Source: Elusimicrobiota bacterium (lineage in GTDB: Bacteria; Elusimicrobiota; Endomicrobiia; Endomicrobiales; JBDRNC01). Taken from it: a DNA stretch of 64,000 nt. Location: the NCBI GenBank assembly GCA_043811535.1, contig JBDRNC010000035.1:1-64000 (forward strand), read 5' to 3'. Below are positions 8,544-17,533 of the stretch, piece after piece. The translations under genes were made by a program, and so were the position numbers. Position 1 is the stretch's first letter. Every line of letters begins with the position of its first letter. The notes beneath the pieces are model-generated. The model had not been told where the DNA came from, did not search any database, and saw only the letters and a program-made list of their open reading frames with translations.

Positions 8544-9170
8544 ATGAAGACCACCGTAATAAAGATAAATAGCGATAAACCCGATATAGATAAGCTTAAG
8601 AAAGCTGCGGAAGTTCTGAAAAACGGTGGATTAGTAGCCATTCCGACCGAAACTGTTTACGGTCTGGCGGTAAGCGCTTTCAACGCTGACGCGCAGAAAA
8701 AGGTATACAAGCTGAAGGGCCGTTCTTTCAATAAACCGCTCATACTCATGGCATCTTCTGCCGCGCAGATGGATAAGCTTATAGAACTGCATGATAAAGC
8801 GAAAAAGATGGCGAAGAAATATTGGCCGGGACCGCTGACGCTAGTATGCCACACGACGTATCTCGGCAAGCTTGCGATGAGCGGCAGGCATAACTGCGGA
8901 GTCAGGATACCGGCGGACAAAGTTGTTGCCGGACTGCTTGAACTATGTCCTTTCCCGCTGGCCACGACCAGCGCGAATCCTTCTTCAAAACCCAGCGCTA
9001 AAAGCGGGAAAGAAGCGTTGAAATATTTTGACGGTAAGATTGACCTGCTTCTTGATTCCGGGAAATGCAGGATTGGCAAAGAATCCACGGTAGTTGACGC
9101 AACGCACTTTCCGTTTGTCGTCGTGCGCGAAGGCTGTCTGCCGAAAAAAGAATTATTGAAATATATATAA
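8544..9170 (+). CDS. tsaC: L-threonylcarbamoyladenylate synthase (YrdC/Sua5 family, short form)
   Basis: PTETVYGL, KGRSFNKPL, WPGPLT, TSANPS. Confidence 0.93.
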   Translation: MKTTVIKINSDKPDIDKLKKAAEVLKNGGLVAIPTETVYGLAVSAFNADAQKKVYKLKGRSFNKPLILMASSAAQMDKLIELHDKAKKMAKKYWPGPLTLVCHTTYLGKLAMSGRHNCGVRIPADKVVAGLLELCPFPLATTSANPSSKPSAKSGKEALKYFDGKIDLLLDSGKCRIGKESTVVDATHFPFVVVREGCLPKKELLKYI

Positions 9171-9280
9171 TTACAGACGACCACATCTTTAATACTTAAC
9201 GAAGTCCCGCACCGCGGGATTACATATTACAGATTAAGAGTCTTCAATATGTAATTTGTAATCGCTAAATCTGTAATCTA
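9168..9280. repeat. Inverted heptamer array (ATTACAG / TGTAATC) with embedded GC hairpin
   Basis: ATTACAT ATTACAG ATTAAG ... AATATGT AATTTGT AATCGCT AAATCTGT AATCT; TCCCGC-ACC-GCGGGA at 9205-9219. Confidence 0.6.
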
Positions 9281-9283
9281 TTT

Positions 9284-9736
9284 ATGAATATTCTTTTTGT
9301 GTGCACGGGAAACACATGCCGTTCCGCGATGGCCGAAGCCCTGGCTGGTAAAATGCTTGCGGATGCCGGCGTAAAAGGCGTAACCGTCGAATCCTGCGGA
9401 ACCGCCGTGTCGCCGCTTTACAAGGTCCCTCCCGTTGTGATAACGCTCATGCGGCAGGAAGGCATAGACATGACACGGCACCGCCCGGCGCAAATGACGG
9501 AGAAACATCTTATAGAAACGGATATAGTGCTCGTGATGGACAGTTACCATAAGCAGTATATCGCATCAACATCGCCCGGCAAGAAAAGCAAGGTCTTTCT
9601 TTTAAAAGAATATATCGGAGAAAAAAAAGATATTGAGATTTCCGATCCCATCGGGCATTCGGACGAAGCGTATGGCCGGACGAAAGATGAACTTAAGAGA
9701 TGCATTATAAAACTAATTAAAAAATTGAAAGGTTAA
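9284..9736 (+). CDS. Low-molecular-weight protein (arginine/tyrosine) phosphatase, YwlE-like
   Basis: P-loop CTGNTCRS and DPIG; tsaC-LMWPTP-glyA synteny. Confidence 0.88.
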   Translation: MNILFVCTGNTCRSAMAEALAGKMLADAGVKGVTVESCGTAVSPLYKVPPVVITLMRQEGIDMTRHRPAQMTEKHLIETDIVLVMDSYHKQYIASTSPGKKSKVFLLKEYIGEKKDIEISDPIGHSDEAYGRTKDELKRCIIKLIKKLKG

Positions 9737-9782
9737 AAGATTGCACGGTAAAGGCAACTAAACTGCCTGAAAGGAAAGGGAA

Positions 9783-11027
9783 ATGGAAAATCTGAAAAAG
9801 AATGACCCGGAGATCTACAAGATAGTGAAGAAGGAGCTAGAACGCCAGAAAAACACCATCGAGCTGATCGCTTCAGAGAACCACACTTCGCTGGCCGTTA
9901 TGGAGGCCCAGGGCTCGGTGCTGACGAATAAGTACGCGGAGGGCTATCCGGGCAGGCGTTATTACCAGGGATGCGAAGCGGTAGACATGGTTGAAACGCT
10001 AGCGATGGAACGCTGCAAGAAACTTTTTGGAGCCGAGCACGCCAATGTCCAGCCCCATTCCGGCACGCAGGCGAACGTCGCGGTATATATGGCTTTGCTC
10101 AATCCGGGCGACACTATAATGGGCATGAACCTGTCGCACGGAGGACATCTCTCCCACGGCCATCCTTTGAATTTTTCAGGGAAATATTTCAAGGTTGTCT
10201 CATTCACGGTGCGTCAGGAAAATGAGATGATAGATTACGACGAAGTCGAAAAACTTGCGAAAGAGAGCAAGCCGAAGATGATCATGGCCGGCGCGAGCAC
10301 GTATTCGAGGATATGGGATTGGCAGCGGCTGAGAAAGATCGCTGACGGCATAAGCGCTTTTCTCGTTGCGGACATCGCCCATTACGCCGGGCTTATAGCC
10401 GCGGGAGTTTACCCGACTTCGGTGCCTTATGCAGACGTAACGACGAGCACTACCCACAAAACCTTAAGAGGGCCAAGGGGCGGAATAATCATGTGCAAGG
10501 AAAAATTCGCTACCCAGATAGACAGGGCGGTTTTTCCGGGCGACCAGGGCGGTCCATTGATGCACATCATCGCCGCGAAAGCAGTAGCTTTCGGCGAGGC
10601 GCTTAAACCTGAATTCATCAAATACCAGGAGCAGGTCCTGCAGAACGCCCGCTATCTGGCGGATAAGCTGATGAAAGCGGGAATCAAGATAGTGTCCGGC
10701 GGTACCGACTGCCACATGTTCCTCGTAGATCTGAGACCGCTCAACCTTAAGGGAAGGCCTACCGCTGAACTGCTCGAGAAGGCCGGCCTTACCGTGAACT
10801 TCAATACAATTCCCTACGATCCGGAAAAGCCGATGGTAGCTTCGGGTATCAGGATAGGAACGCCTGCGGTTACCACCCGCGGCATGAAAGAAGCTGAGAT
10901 GGATATTATCGCGGATTGCGTCGCAGAAATCCTTAAGAATCCGGCAGAGGCAAAAGTCTTGGAGAAGGTTGCCGTGAAAGTGAAATTGCTCTGCGAAAAA
11001 TTCCCGCTATACAGTGAACTTAGTTAA
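9783..11027 (+). CDS. glyA: Serine hydroxymethyltransferase
   Basis: [27 protein letters not shown]. Confidence 0.98.
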   Translation: MENLKKNDPEIYKIVKKELERQKNTIELIASENHTSLAVMEAQGSVLTNKYAEGYPGRRYYQGCEAVDMVETLAMERCKKLFGAEHANVQPHSGTQANVAVYMALLNPGDTIMGMNLSHGGHLSHGHPLNFSGKYFKVVSFTVRQENEMIDYDEVEKLAKESKPKMIMAGASTYSRIWDWQRLRKIADGISAFLVADIAHYAGLIAAGVYPTSVPYADVTTSTTHKTLRGPRGGIIMCKEKFATQIDRAVFPGDQGGPLMHIIAAKAVAFGEALKPEFIKYQEQVLQNARYLADKLMKAGIKIVSGGTDCHMFLVDLRPLNLKGRPTAELLEKAGLTVNFNTIPYDPEKPMVASGIRIGTPAVTTRGMKEAEMDIIADCVAEILKNPAEAKVLEKVAVKVKLLCEKFPLYSELS

Positions 11028-11049
11028 TAGTATAGTCAAAATGTCTTAA

Positions 11050-11079
11050 ACTAATTGCCAATTGCTGATTGCTAATTGC
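11050..11079. repeat. Heptamer array (TAATTGC), upstream arm of an inverted pair bracketing the wecA-like gene
   Basis: ACTAATTGCCAATTGCTGATTGCTAATTGC; 28/30 reverse complement of 12116-12145. Confidence 0.8.
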
Positions 11080-11095
11080 TCTTATATAAAATAAT

Positions 11096-12109
11096 ATGGT
11101 TTATTTTATCGCCTTCATCGTCGCGATAGCAGGTACGATAGTTTTTACGCCGGTATCCATATTCCTGGCGCGGAAATTGGACGTGCTTGATTACCCGCGC
11201 GCGAGAAAGGTTCACAGGCAACCGCTTCCGAGGTGGGGCGGGATCGGTATCTATTTTGGGTTCATGATAGCCATCTCTTTGCTTGTGTTCCTGATGCCTT
11301 CGTTCAAGGAACTCCTGGGATTCAACACGGGCGAGCTTATGAGGCAGCTCACGGGGATCATCGTGGGCGCGACCATCGTTTTTATTTTGGGATTGTTTGA
11401 CGACAGGAAGCCGATAAGGGCCGTGACAAAGCTGTTGATGCAGATAATAGCCGCCTACGTTGCGATGGATTACGGCGTCAGGATCTCGGGGCTCGCTCTT
11501 CCTTTCAGCGGAGGTTTTTACCAGCTGCCTATCATCATGGGGCAGATATTGACGGTGTTCTGGATAATCGGCTTCATGAACACGATAAACCTGGCAGACG
11601 GACTTGACGGCATGGCGGCGGGCATAGTAGCGATAGCCTCAGCGACATTTTTCGTAGTCGCGCTGCTGCAGGGCGACACCAAGCTTGTGCTGCTTTCGCA
11701 ACAACTAACGTTCGCCGCGGTGCTCGCGGCCGCTTTAACCGGGGCGTGTTTGGGTTTCCTTGTATTTAATTTCCATCCGGCCAAACTGTTCATGGGAGAC
11801 TCCGGGGCGCTTTTCCTCGGTTTCATGCTTGCCGCGATAAGCACGATAGGGACGCTTAAAAGCACGGCCGTCATGGCTATAGTCATACCGATCGTGGTAG
11901 TCGCTCTTCCGATACTTGACGTCGCGCTTTCAATGTTCAGGCGCCTGCGTAAGGGCACGAGCATGATGCAGCCCGACAAAGAGCATATCCACCACAGACT
12001 GCTTCAATACGGCTGGACACACAGGGAAGTTGTGCTGCTTATATACATTTTCACTCTGATATTATCCATAGGTTCGATATTACTGACGGTATTTAAAGGG
12101 AAAGTTTAA
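11096..12109 (+). CDS. Undecaprenyl-phosphate GlcNAc-1-phosphate transferase (WecA/TagO, MraY family)
   Basis: Multi-TM; PRWGG, DDRK, NTINLADGLDG, FMGDSGA, HIHHRL. Confidence 0.9.
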   Translation: MVYFIAFIVAIAGTIVFTPVSIFLARKLDVLDYPRARKVHRQPLPRWGGIGIYFGFMIAISLLVFLMPSFKELLGFNTGELMRQLTGIIVGATIVFILGLFDDRKPIRAVTKLLMQIIAAYVAMDYGVRISGLALPFSGGFYQLPIIMGQILTVFWIIGFMNTINLADGLDGMAAGIVAIASATFFVVALLQGDTKLVLLSQQLTFAAVLAAALTGACLGFLVFNFHPAKLFMGDSGALFLGFMLAAISTIGTLKSTAVMAIVIPIVVVALPILDVALSMFRRLRKGTSMMQPDKEHIHHRLLQYGWTHREVVLLIYIFTLILSIGSILLTVFKGKV

Positions 12110-12115
12110 ACAGCG

Positions 12116-12145
12116 GCAATTAGCCATTAGCAATTGGCAATTAGT
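12116..12145. repeat. Heptamer array (GCAATTA), downstream arm
   Basis: GCAATTAGCCATTAGCAATTGGCAATTAGT. Confidence 0.8.
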
Positions 12146-12701
12146 GAGCCGTCAAACCACCAGGCTCCTGCCTGGTGATGGATAGGCCAGTCCAGACGGC
12201 AGGCCTGGTAAAAATGATATAATCTGCGAATGAGATTCAGAAAGAGCACGCACGCAGTATATAAGACGGAGTATCATGTAGTCTGGACTCCGAGATATCG
12301 CAGAAAGATATTTGTGCGCGGGGTAAAGCAATACGTTGAAAAGCTGCTTCCGCATATTGAAGGACTGGAAGAGGATATAGAAGTCATCCGAGTAAACGTA
12401 CAGTTGGATCACGCGCACCTCATAGTAGTGATACCGCCAAGGATTTCAGTTGCCGAAGTGATAGGGTACATGAAATCGCGAAGCAGCAAGGCACTTATGG
12501 CGAAATTTCCTTTTCTGCGCAAGGCATATCCTGGAAAAGAAGGGATATGGTCGCGAGGGTACTGTATATCATGCATAGGGATGAACGAAAAGGAAATTCT
12601 CGCCTATGTAGAGCATCAGTTCAAAGAAGACACAGGGCAACTGAAACTCAATTTCTAAAGAACGCGAAAGAAGCCGCCGGCTCCTGCCGGCGGAGTAACA
12701 C
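12146..12701 (+). mobile_element. IS200/IS605-family element, tnpA only (IS200-like); boundaries approximate
   Basis: Subterminal hairpins CACCAGGC-TCCT-GCCTGGTG (12158-12177) and CCGCCGGC-TCCT-GCCGGCGG (12674-12693) flanking a Y1 transposase. Confidence 0.85.
12230..12658 (+). CDS. tnpA: IS200/IS605 Y1 (HUH) transposase
   Basis: YHVVWTPRYRR, HUH motif DHAHL, WSRGY, catalytic YxxxQ (YVEHQ). Confidence 0.95.
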   Translation: MRFRKSTHAVYKTEYHVVWTPRYRRKIFVRGVKQYVEKLLPHIEGLEEDIEVIRVNVQLDHAHLIVVIPPRISVAEVIGYMKSRSSKALMAKFPFLRKAYPGKEGIWSRGYCISCIGMNEKEILAYVEHQFKEDTGQLKLNF

Positions 12702-12728
12702 TATTTTTAATTTATTGTTTATCCATCT

Positions 12729-13598
12729 ATGTCTAACGCAAACTACGTTCTCGCCCGTTCAATACTGACACGCCAGAAGGAAAAACACCCTCTTTTCCAG
12801 ATTGACGCGACGCTTAATCCGTATTTTGGATGCGCCTATAACTGCATGTACTGCCCGTATGTTGTAAGAAGCAAGGTGAGCGTGAAAACTAATTTCCTTT
12901 CGTTCTTGAAAGAAAAACTGGCAATTGAAAAAAAGAAGCTGCATCTGGGAATCGGCACTTCATGCGAGCCGTACTGCGAAGAAGAGAAGGAATTCAGGCT
13001 GACAAGGGGTACGGTTGAGACTGCGGTAAAATCCGGAATGCCGGTCCAGATTTTCACAAAATCCGAACTTGCGCTGGAAGATGCGGGAATGTTTGCGGAA
13101 TACTCGGAAAAAGGACTGCTTGCGGTTACAATATCTCTTTTCACGCTTGACAGGAAACTTGCGAAATATTTCGAACCGGGTTTTCCCGTTCCTGAAGACA
13201 GGATCAACCTGCTAAAAAAACTGAAGAAAAAAGGAGTTTTTGCCGGCATAGCGCTGGCGCCGGTAATGCCGTACATCTCTGATTCCAAGGAGCAGATCGA
13301 ACAGATCTTCCAGGCCGTGCAGAAAGCAGGCGGGGATTACATTCTTCCGGTAGCGTTGAATATCACGAATGAAAAGATAAAGCAGAAAATGGACGAAGCG
13401 TTTTTGAAGGTCTTTCCGGGAAGCAGGCTTGGTTTTCAGACAATATACGGCGAAAAAAAACTTCCCGACGACGTGTATTCGAGCTGGATGGACCAGTACT
13501 TCAGGATACTCAGCGGTAAATATGATATTCCGGCCTACCTTCCAGTAGAGAATGTTGAACCCGGCTTGATCAGCATAAGCCGCGAGATTCCCGAATGA
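12729..13598 (+). CDS. Radical SAM protein (SplB/Rv2578c-like)
   Basis: LNPYFGCAYNCMYC (CxxxCxxC), GTSCEPY, IFTKS, FEPG. Confidence 0.8.
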   Translation: MSNANYVLARSILTRQKEKHPLFQIDATLNPYFGCAYNCMYCPYVVRSKVSVKTNFLSFLKEKLAIEKKKLHLGIGTSCEPYCEEEKEFRLTRGTVETAVKSGMPVQIFTKSELALEDAGMFAEYSEKGLLAVTISLFTLDRKLAKYFEPGFPVPEDRINLLKKLKKKGVFAGIALAPVMPYISDSKEQIEQIFQAVQKAGGDYILPVALNITNEKIKQKMDEAFLKVFPGSRLGFQTIYGEKKLPDDVYSSWMDQYFRILSGKYDIPAYLPVENVEPGLISISREIPE

Positions 13599-13634
13599 AT
13601 ACGCGCTGTTGAAAAATACATTATTTCAATTCAC

Positions 13635-14186
13635 ATGAATAAAATACTAATACATCACTGCTGCGCGCCGTGTTCATATGGTATAGTCGGCGCGCTTGAA
13701 AAAGAATATGAGATTGAAGGTTACTGGTTCAATCCGAATATCCACCCCGAAGAAGAACACGCTAAAAGACGAGATGCCCTCAGAAAATACACGGAAAGCA
13801 GGGGTATAACACTGCATGAAAAAAAAGATTTCATTTACAGACAGGATGAATGGGTCATGAATGCCCCGAAAGAGCCTACGGAAAGGTGCGAGTACTGCTA
13901 TTATCTCAGGCTGAACGATACGGCGTACGCCGCGCGAAAAGCGGACATAGGCGTTTTTACGACGTCTCTGCTCTCGAGCCCGTATCAAAAACATGAACTT
14001 GTAAAGCAAGCCGGGAAGAGAGTGGCGTCAGCGTACGGGATAGAGTTTCTTTACCGCGATTTCAGGCAGTTTTATTACGAAGGAAAAAATAGTGCCCGGC
14101 AGGAAGGCGTGCACATGCAGAAATACTGCGGATGCGTATTTTCAGTTGATGAAAAACGCGCTCCTGAAAAGGCCGCTTTGAAATGA
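13635..14186 (+). CDS. queH: Epoxyqueuosine reductase QueH (DUF208)
   Basis: HHCCAPC, NPNIHP, CEYCYYLRL, QKYCGC. Confidence 0.9.
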   Translation: MNKILIHHCCAPCSYGIVGALEKEYEIEGYWFNPNIHPEEEHAKRRDALRKYTESRGITLHEKKDFIYRQDEWVMNAPKEPTERCEYCYYLRLNDTAYAARKADIGVFTTSLLSSPYQKHELVKQAGKRVASAYGIEFLYRDFRQFYYEGKNSARQEGVHMQKYCGCVFSVDEKRAPEKAALK

Positions 14187-14398
14187 CATATCTTGGAAAG
14201 CTGCTTATTCTGCTGGGAATACTGCTTGTCGCCGCCGGAATAATCCTTTTACTGGCGCCGCGCATTCCATTCCTCGGCAAGCTTCCGGGAGATATCGTTA
14301 TTAAAAAAGGGAGTTTTACGCTTTATTTTCCTATTGCGACATCTGTATTGTTAAGCGCTGTCCTGGCTTTGATGCTTTACTTGTTCAGGTCAAAATGA
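14183..14398 (+). CDS. DUF2905 small membrane protein
   Basis: Two TM segments with LGKLPGDI...FTLYFPIATS signature. Confidence 0.8.
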   Translation: MTYLGKLLILLGILLVAAGIILLLAPRIPFLGKLPGDIVIKKGSFTLYFPIATSVLLSAVLALMLYLFRSK

Positions 14399-15537
14399 AA
14401 AATATATTCTTACTTATTATGGTGTCGTTGATTTGCGCGTCCGCGTCATGCGCGCAGCGGCTTCCCGGTACGATCATGAGGATCGGAATTCTGATAAATG
14501 TAAAGTCGTTCAATCTGAGCTGCGAAGGCCAGTACTATCTTTACGAGATGAATACCGGTGAAAAATCAGAGATTAAACCCATGAACGATTATCTGGTAAA
14601 AGGGGAAGCGGGTGATATAAAAATAAATGGAAAAAGTTTCCGCTCAAAAGTCAGGATAAACTCCGGAAAAAGCGGGGCAAGGATAAGGATAAACGGCAGG
14701 AGATACCACGATAATATTTTAATCGTTTGCAAGAATTCAAAGATTACCGTGATAAACGAGCTGGGGCTGGAGGATTACATTTCCGGAATTCTTCCGCGCG
14801 AAGTAAGTCCTAAGTGGCCGAAAGAATCGTTGAAAGCGCAGGCTGTTGTCAGCAGGACATACGCGATGAAAAACCTCAAGCGCCACGGGTCGGAAAGTTT
14901 TGATTTGTGTTCGGAAACGCACTGCCAGGTGTACGGAGGGATGGAATCGGAAGACCCAAGGACAACGAAGGCGGTTGAAGATACCCGGAACGAGGTTTTG
15001 ACATATGACGGCCAGCTGGCGCAGGCGCTCTTCCATGCCTGCTGCGCGGGCCACACCGAAAATCCTAACTATGTCTGGATATGGAATTCAAACTCGCCGA
15101 AATACCTGCGGGGCAGGACAGATAAATTCTGCGCCGGAAGCCCCCATGGATACTGGAAAAACAGGATAGACGGCGAGTTTATCCGAAAACGCCTCGTGAA
15201 AGCAAAGTATGACGTCGGCAAAATAGAAAGCATAAGAATTTCAGGCAGGAACGAATCAGGCAGAGCCATAAATCTTAAAATAAACCATTCAGGCGGGACT
15301 CTGACAATCAATGCCGCTAAATTCAGGCTCGCGGTTGATCCATGGCTTGTGAAAAGCACGATGTTCAGCAGCATCGTCCGGTACGGCAAATCATTTGAAT
15401 TCAGAGGTTCGGGATGGGGACACGGCGTGGGCATGTGCCAGTGGGGAGCAAAGGTAATGTCCGACAAGGGCTACGATTACAAAGAGATACTTAAGTATTA
15501 TTATCCCGGGACGAAAATAGAAAAGTGGGAAGAATGA
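14395..15537 (+). CDS. SpoIID/LytB domain protein
   Basis: Signal peptide; LEDYISGILPREV, KAQAVVSRTYA, CQVY, GWGHGVGMCQWGA. Confidence 0.9.
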   Translation: MKNIFLLIMVSLICASASCAQRLPGTIMRIGILINVKSFNLSCEGQYYLYEMNTGEKSEIKPMNDYLVKGEAGDIKINGKSFRSKVRINSGKSGARIRINGRRYHDNILIVCKNSKITVINELGLEDYISGILPREVSPKWPKESLKAQAVVSRTYAMKNLKRHGSESFDLCSETHCQVYGGMESEDPRTTKAVEDTRNEVLTYDGQLAQALFHACCAGHTENPNYVWIWNSNSPKYLRGRTDKFCAGSPHGYWKNRIDGEFIRKRLVKAKYDVGKIESIRISGRNESGRAINLKINHSGGTLTINAAKFRLAVDPWLVKSTMFSSIVRYGKSFEFRGSGWGHGVGMCQWGAKVMSDKGYDYKEILKYYYPGTKIEKWEE

Positions 15538-15543
15538 AAAACC

Positions 15544-15608
15544 AGACGGAAGAGGGAAGTTTGAAGAAGGAAGTAGTTTTTCTTCCGTCTTCTATCTTCC
15601 GTCTTCCT
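15544..15608. repeat. Inverted heptamer array (AGACGGA / TCTTCCG)
   Basis: AGACGGA AGAGGGA AGTTTGA AGAAGGA AG ... TCTTCCG TCTTCTA TCTTCCG TCTTCCT. Confidence 0.75.
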
Positions 15609-15634
15609 TTTTTATGTAGAGCACTGACAAACCA

Positions 15635-16684
15635 ATGAATATTGAACACGCACTATCTGCGTATGACTTTGATCTGCCTAAAGAGCTAATAGCGCAGTTG
15701 CCCGCCGAAAAAAGGGAAAATTCCAGGCTGATGGTATTGGACAGGGGATCCGGAAAAACGGAGCATAGGTCCTTCGCAGATATTGCCGGGTATTTCGGGC
15801 CGGGCGATTGCCTTGTCTTGAATAAGACGAAAGTAATCCCGGCAAGGCTTTTCGGCAAGAAAGAAACAGGCGGAAGGATCGAAGCGCTGTTCTTGAAACA
15901 AATGAATGGAACGTGCTGGACGGCGCTGGTCAGACCTTTTCTGGGAACAGGCAAGAGCATTATTTTCCCGGACGGGCTTTCGGCAAGAGTATCCGGAAAA
16001 ACAGAATTGGGCGAGACGATACTAGACGTTTCCGGCGCAGACGTCAGGAATGTACTTGAAGAACACGGCAGGATGCCGCTGCCTCCGTATATAAAGCGCG
16101 GGCTGGTTCCCGGAGAAAAGGATAAAATCGACAGGGAGCGCTACCAAACCGTGTACGCCGAGAACGAAGGTTCAATCGCGGCTCCGACGGCGGGCCTGCA
16201 TTTCACGAAGGAGCTTCTTGAACGGATAAAGGAAAAAGGGACCGAGATAGTCGAGGTAACGCTGCACGTTGGCTGGGGAACTTTCAGACCTATCGTCAGC
16301 GACGATATCGCGAAGCACAAAATGCTCCCTGAAATCTATGAAATATGGGAGCGGGCCGCAAGCGGTATAGCCGCGGCAAAACGGAATAAAGGAAGAGTAG
16401 TGGTCGTCGGCACAACTGCCGCAAGGGCGCTGGAATCTTGTCCGGAAAGAATATTTGCGGAACCTGCGCGCGAAATCATGGGGGAAACCGGGATATTCAT
16501 ATATCCGGGGTATAAATTCGCTGTAGTAGACGCGTTTATAACAAACTTTCACCTGCCAAAATCGACTCCTCTCATGATGGCCTGCGCCTTTGCCGGGAAA
16601 GAGGCGCTTTTTAAAGCGTATGAGGAGGCGATAAGAGAGAAATACCGCTTTTTCTCGTACGGAGACGCTATGTTTATTAAATAG
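15635..16684 (+). CDS. queA: S-adenosylmethionine:tRNA ribosyltransferase-isomerase
   Basis: YDFDLP.ELIAQ, MPLPPYI, RYQTVYA, AAPTAGLHF, YRFFSYGDAM. Confidence 0.97.
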   Translation: MNIEHALSAYDFDLPKELIAQLPAEKRENSRLMVLDRGSGKTEHRSFADIAGYFGPGDCLVLNKTKVIPARLFGKKETGGRIEALFLKQMNGTCWTALVRPFLGTGKSIIFPDGLSARVSGKTELGETILDVSGADVRNVLEEHGRMPLPPYIKRGLVPGEKDKIDRERYQTVYAENEGSIAAPTAGLHFTKELLERIKEKGTEIVEVTLHVGWGTFRPIVSDDIAKHKMLPEIYEIWERAASGIAAAKRNKGRVVVVGTTAARALESCPERIFAEPAREIMGETGIFIYPGYKFAVVDAFITNFHLPKSTPLMMACAFAGKEALFKAYEEAIREKYRFFSYGDAMFIK

Positions 16685-16734
16685 TCCATTTCATGAAAAC
16701 AGTTCAAAAATACTGATAAATATAGTATAATTAC

Positions 16735-16764
16735 AGCAGGCATTCAAGCCTGCTTTTTATTTTT
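16735..16764 (+). terminator. Intrinsic terminator after queA
   Basis: AGCAGGC-ATTCAA-GCCTGCT followed by TTTTATTTTT. Confidence 0.6.
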
Positions 16765-16773
16765 AAGACAGAT

Positions 16774-17442
16774 ATGAAAGAAAAATTAACTCTGGAAAAA
16801 ATCGCTTCGAATCCTGAAGTCCAGGCCTACCTTAAGACTGCGGACGATATGTTCAAGGTAATGGGTTATAAGGAGCACGGATCGCGGCATGCAATGCTTT
16901 CGGCGAATATAGCGGGGAACATTATGAAATTCCTTGATTATCCCGACAAGGAATGCGAGCTGGCTAAAATCGCCGGCTATTTACACGATATAGGCAACGC
17001 GATAGGCCAGAGGGACCATGCCCAGAACGGCGGGGTCCTCACGCTGAGTATCCTGGAAAAGATGAAGATACCTTATGGCGACATTTTTCCGGTGATCAGC
17101 GCGATAGGAAGCCATGAAGACAAAGATTTTCTGCCGCCTTCGGCAATGGCCGCGGCTGTGATTCTCGGGGACAAAACAGATGTGCACCATACTCGGGTAC
17201 GCTCGCCGGATTTTGCGGCCGCGGATACGCATGCGCGCGTCAACGCGGCCTGCCAGCGTGCGTTTATGAGAGTGATTAAAGAAGAGAGAATAGTCTCGCT
17301 TGAGCTGACGATTGACATTCAGATCTGCTCTGTGATGGATTATTTCGAGATATTTCTTTCAAGGACGAAATACTGCAGGAGCGCGAGCCGCGTGCTTGGA
17401 TGCGAGTTCGAGCTGTATATAAATAAAGACAAGTTTTTGTAA
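16774..17442 (+). CDS. HD-domain phosphohydrolase (paralogue 1)
   Basis: EHGSRH, YLHDIGN, SHE, GDKTDVH; similar to 20381-21061. Confidence 0.85.
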   Translation: MKEKLTLEKIASNPEVQAYLKTADDMFKVMGYKEHGSRHAMLSANIAGNIMKFLDYPDKECELAKIAGYLHDIGNAIGQRDHAQNGGVLTLSILEKMKIPYGDIFPVISAIGSHEDKDFLPPSAMAAAVILGDKTDVHHTRVRSPDFAAADTHARVNAACQRAFMRVIKEERIVSLELTIDIQICSVMDYFEIFLSRTKYCRSASRVLGCEFELYINKDKFL

Positions 17443-17446
17443 AAAC

Positions 17447-17521
17447 AAATGGCTAAATGGCTTGATGGCTAAATGGCTATAAGATTATCAACCATTTAAC
17501 CATTTGGCAATTTAGCCATAT
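17447..17521. repeat. Inverted octamer array (AAATGGCT x4 / AACCATTT x4)
   Basis: Four 8-mers, ~11-nt spacer, four near-complementary 8-mers. Confidence 0.8.
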
Positions 17522-17533
17522 CCTTAAGAAGCT

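Noticed and set aside
12659..13598. tnpB partner downstream of tnpA
   Set aside because: The right-end hairpin follows tnpA immediately and the next ORF is a radical SAM protein without RuvC or Zn-finger motifs
13599..17533. preQ1 riboswitch upstream of queH, queA or tgt
   Set aside because: No preQ1-I-type stem-loop with A-rich tail found; the gaps are short or filled by repeat arrays
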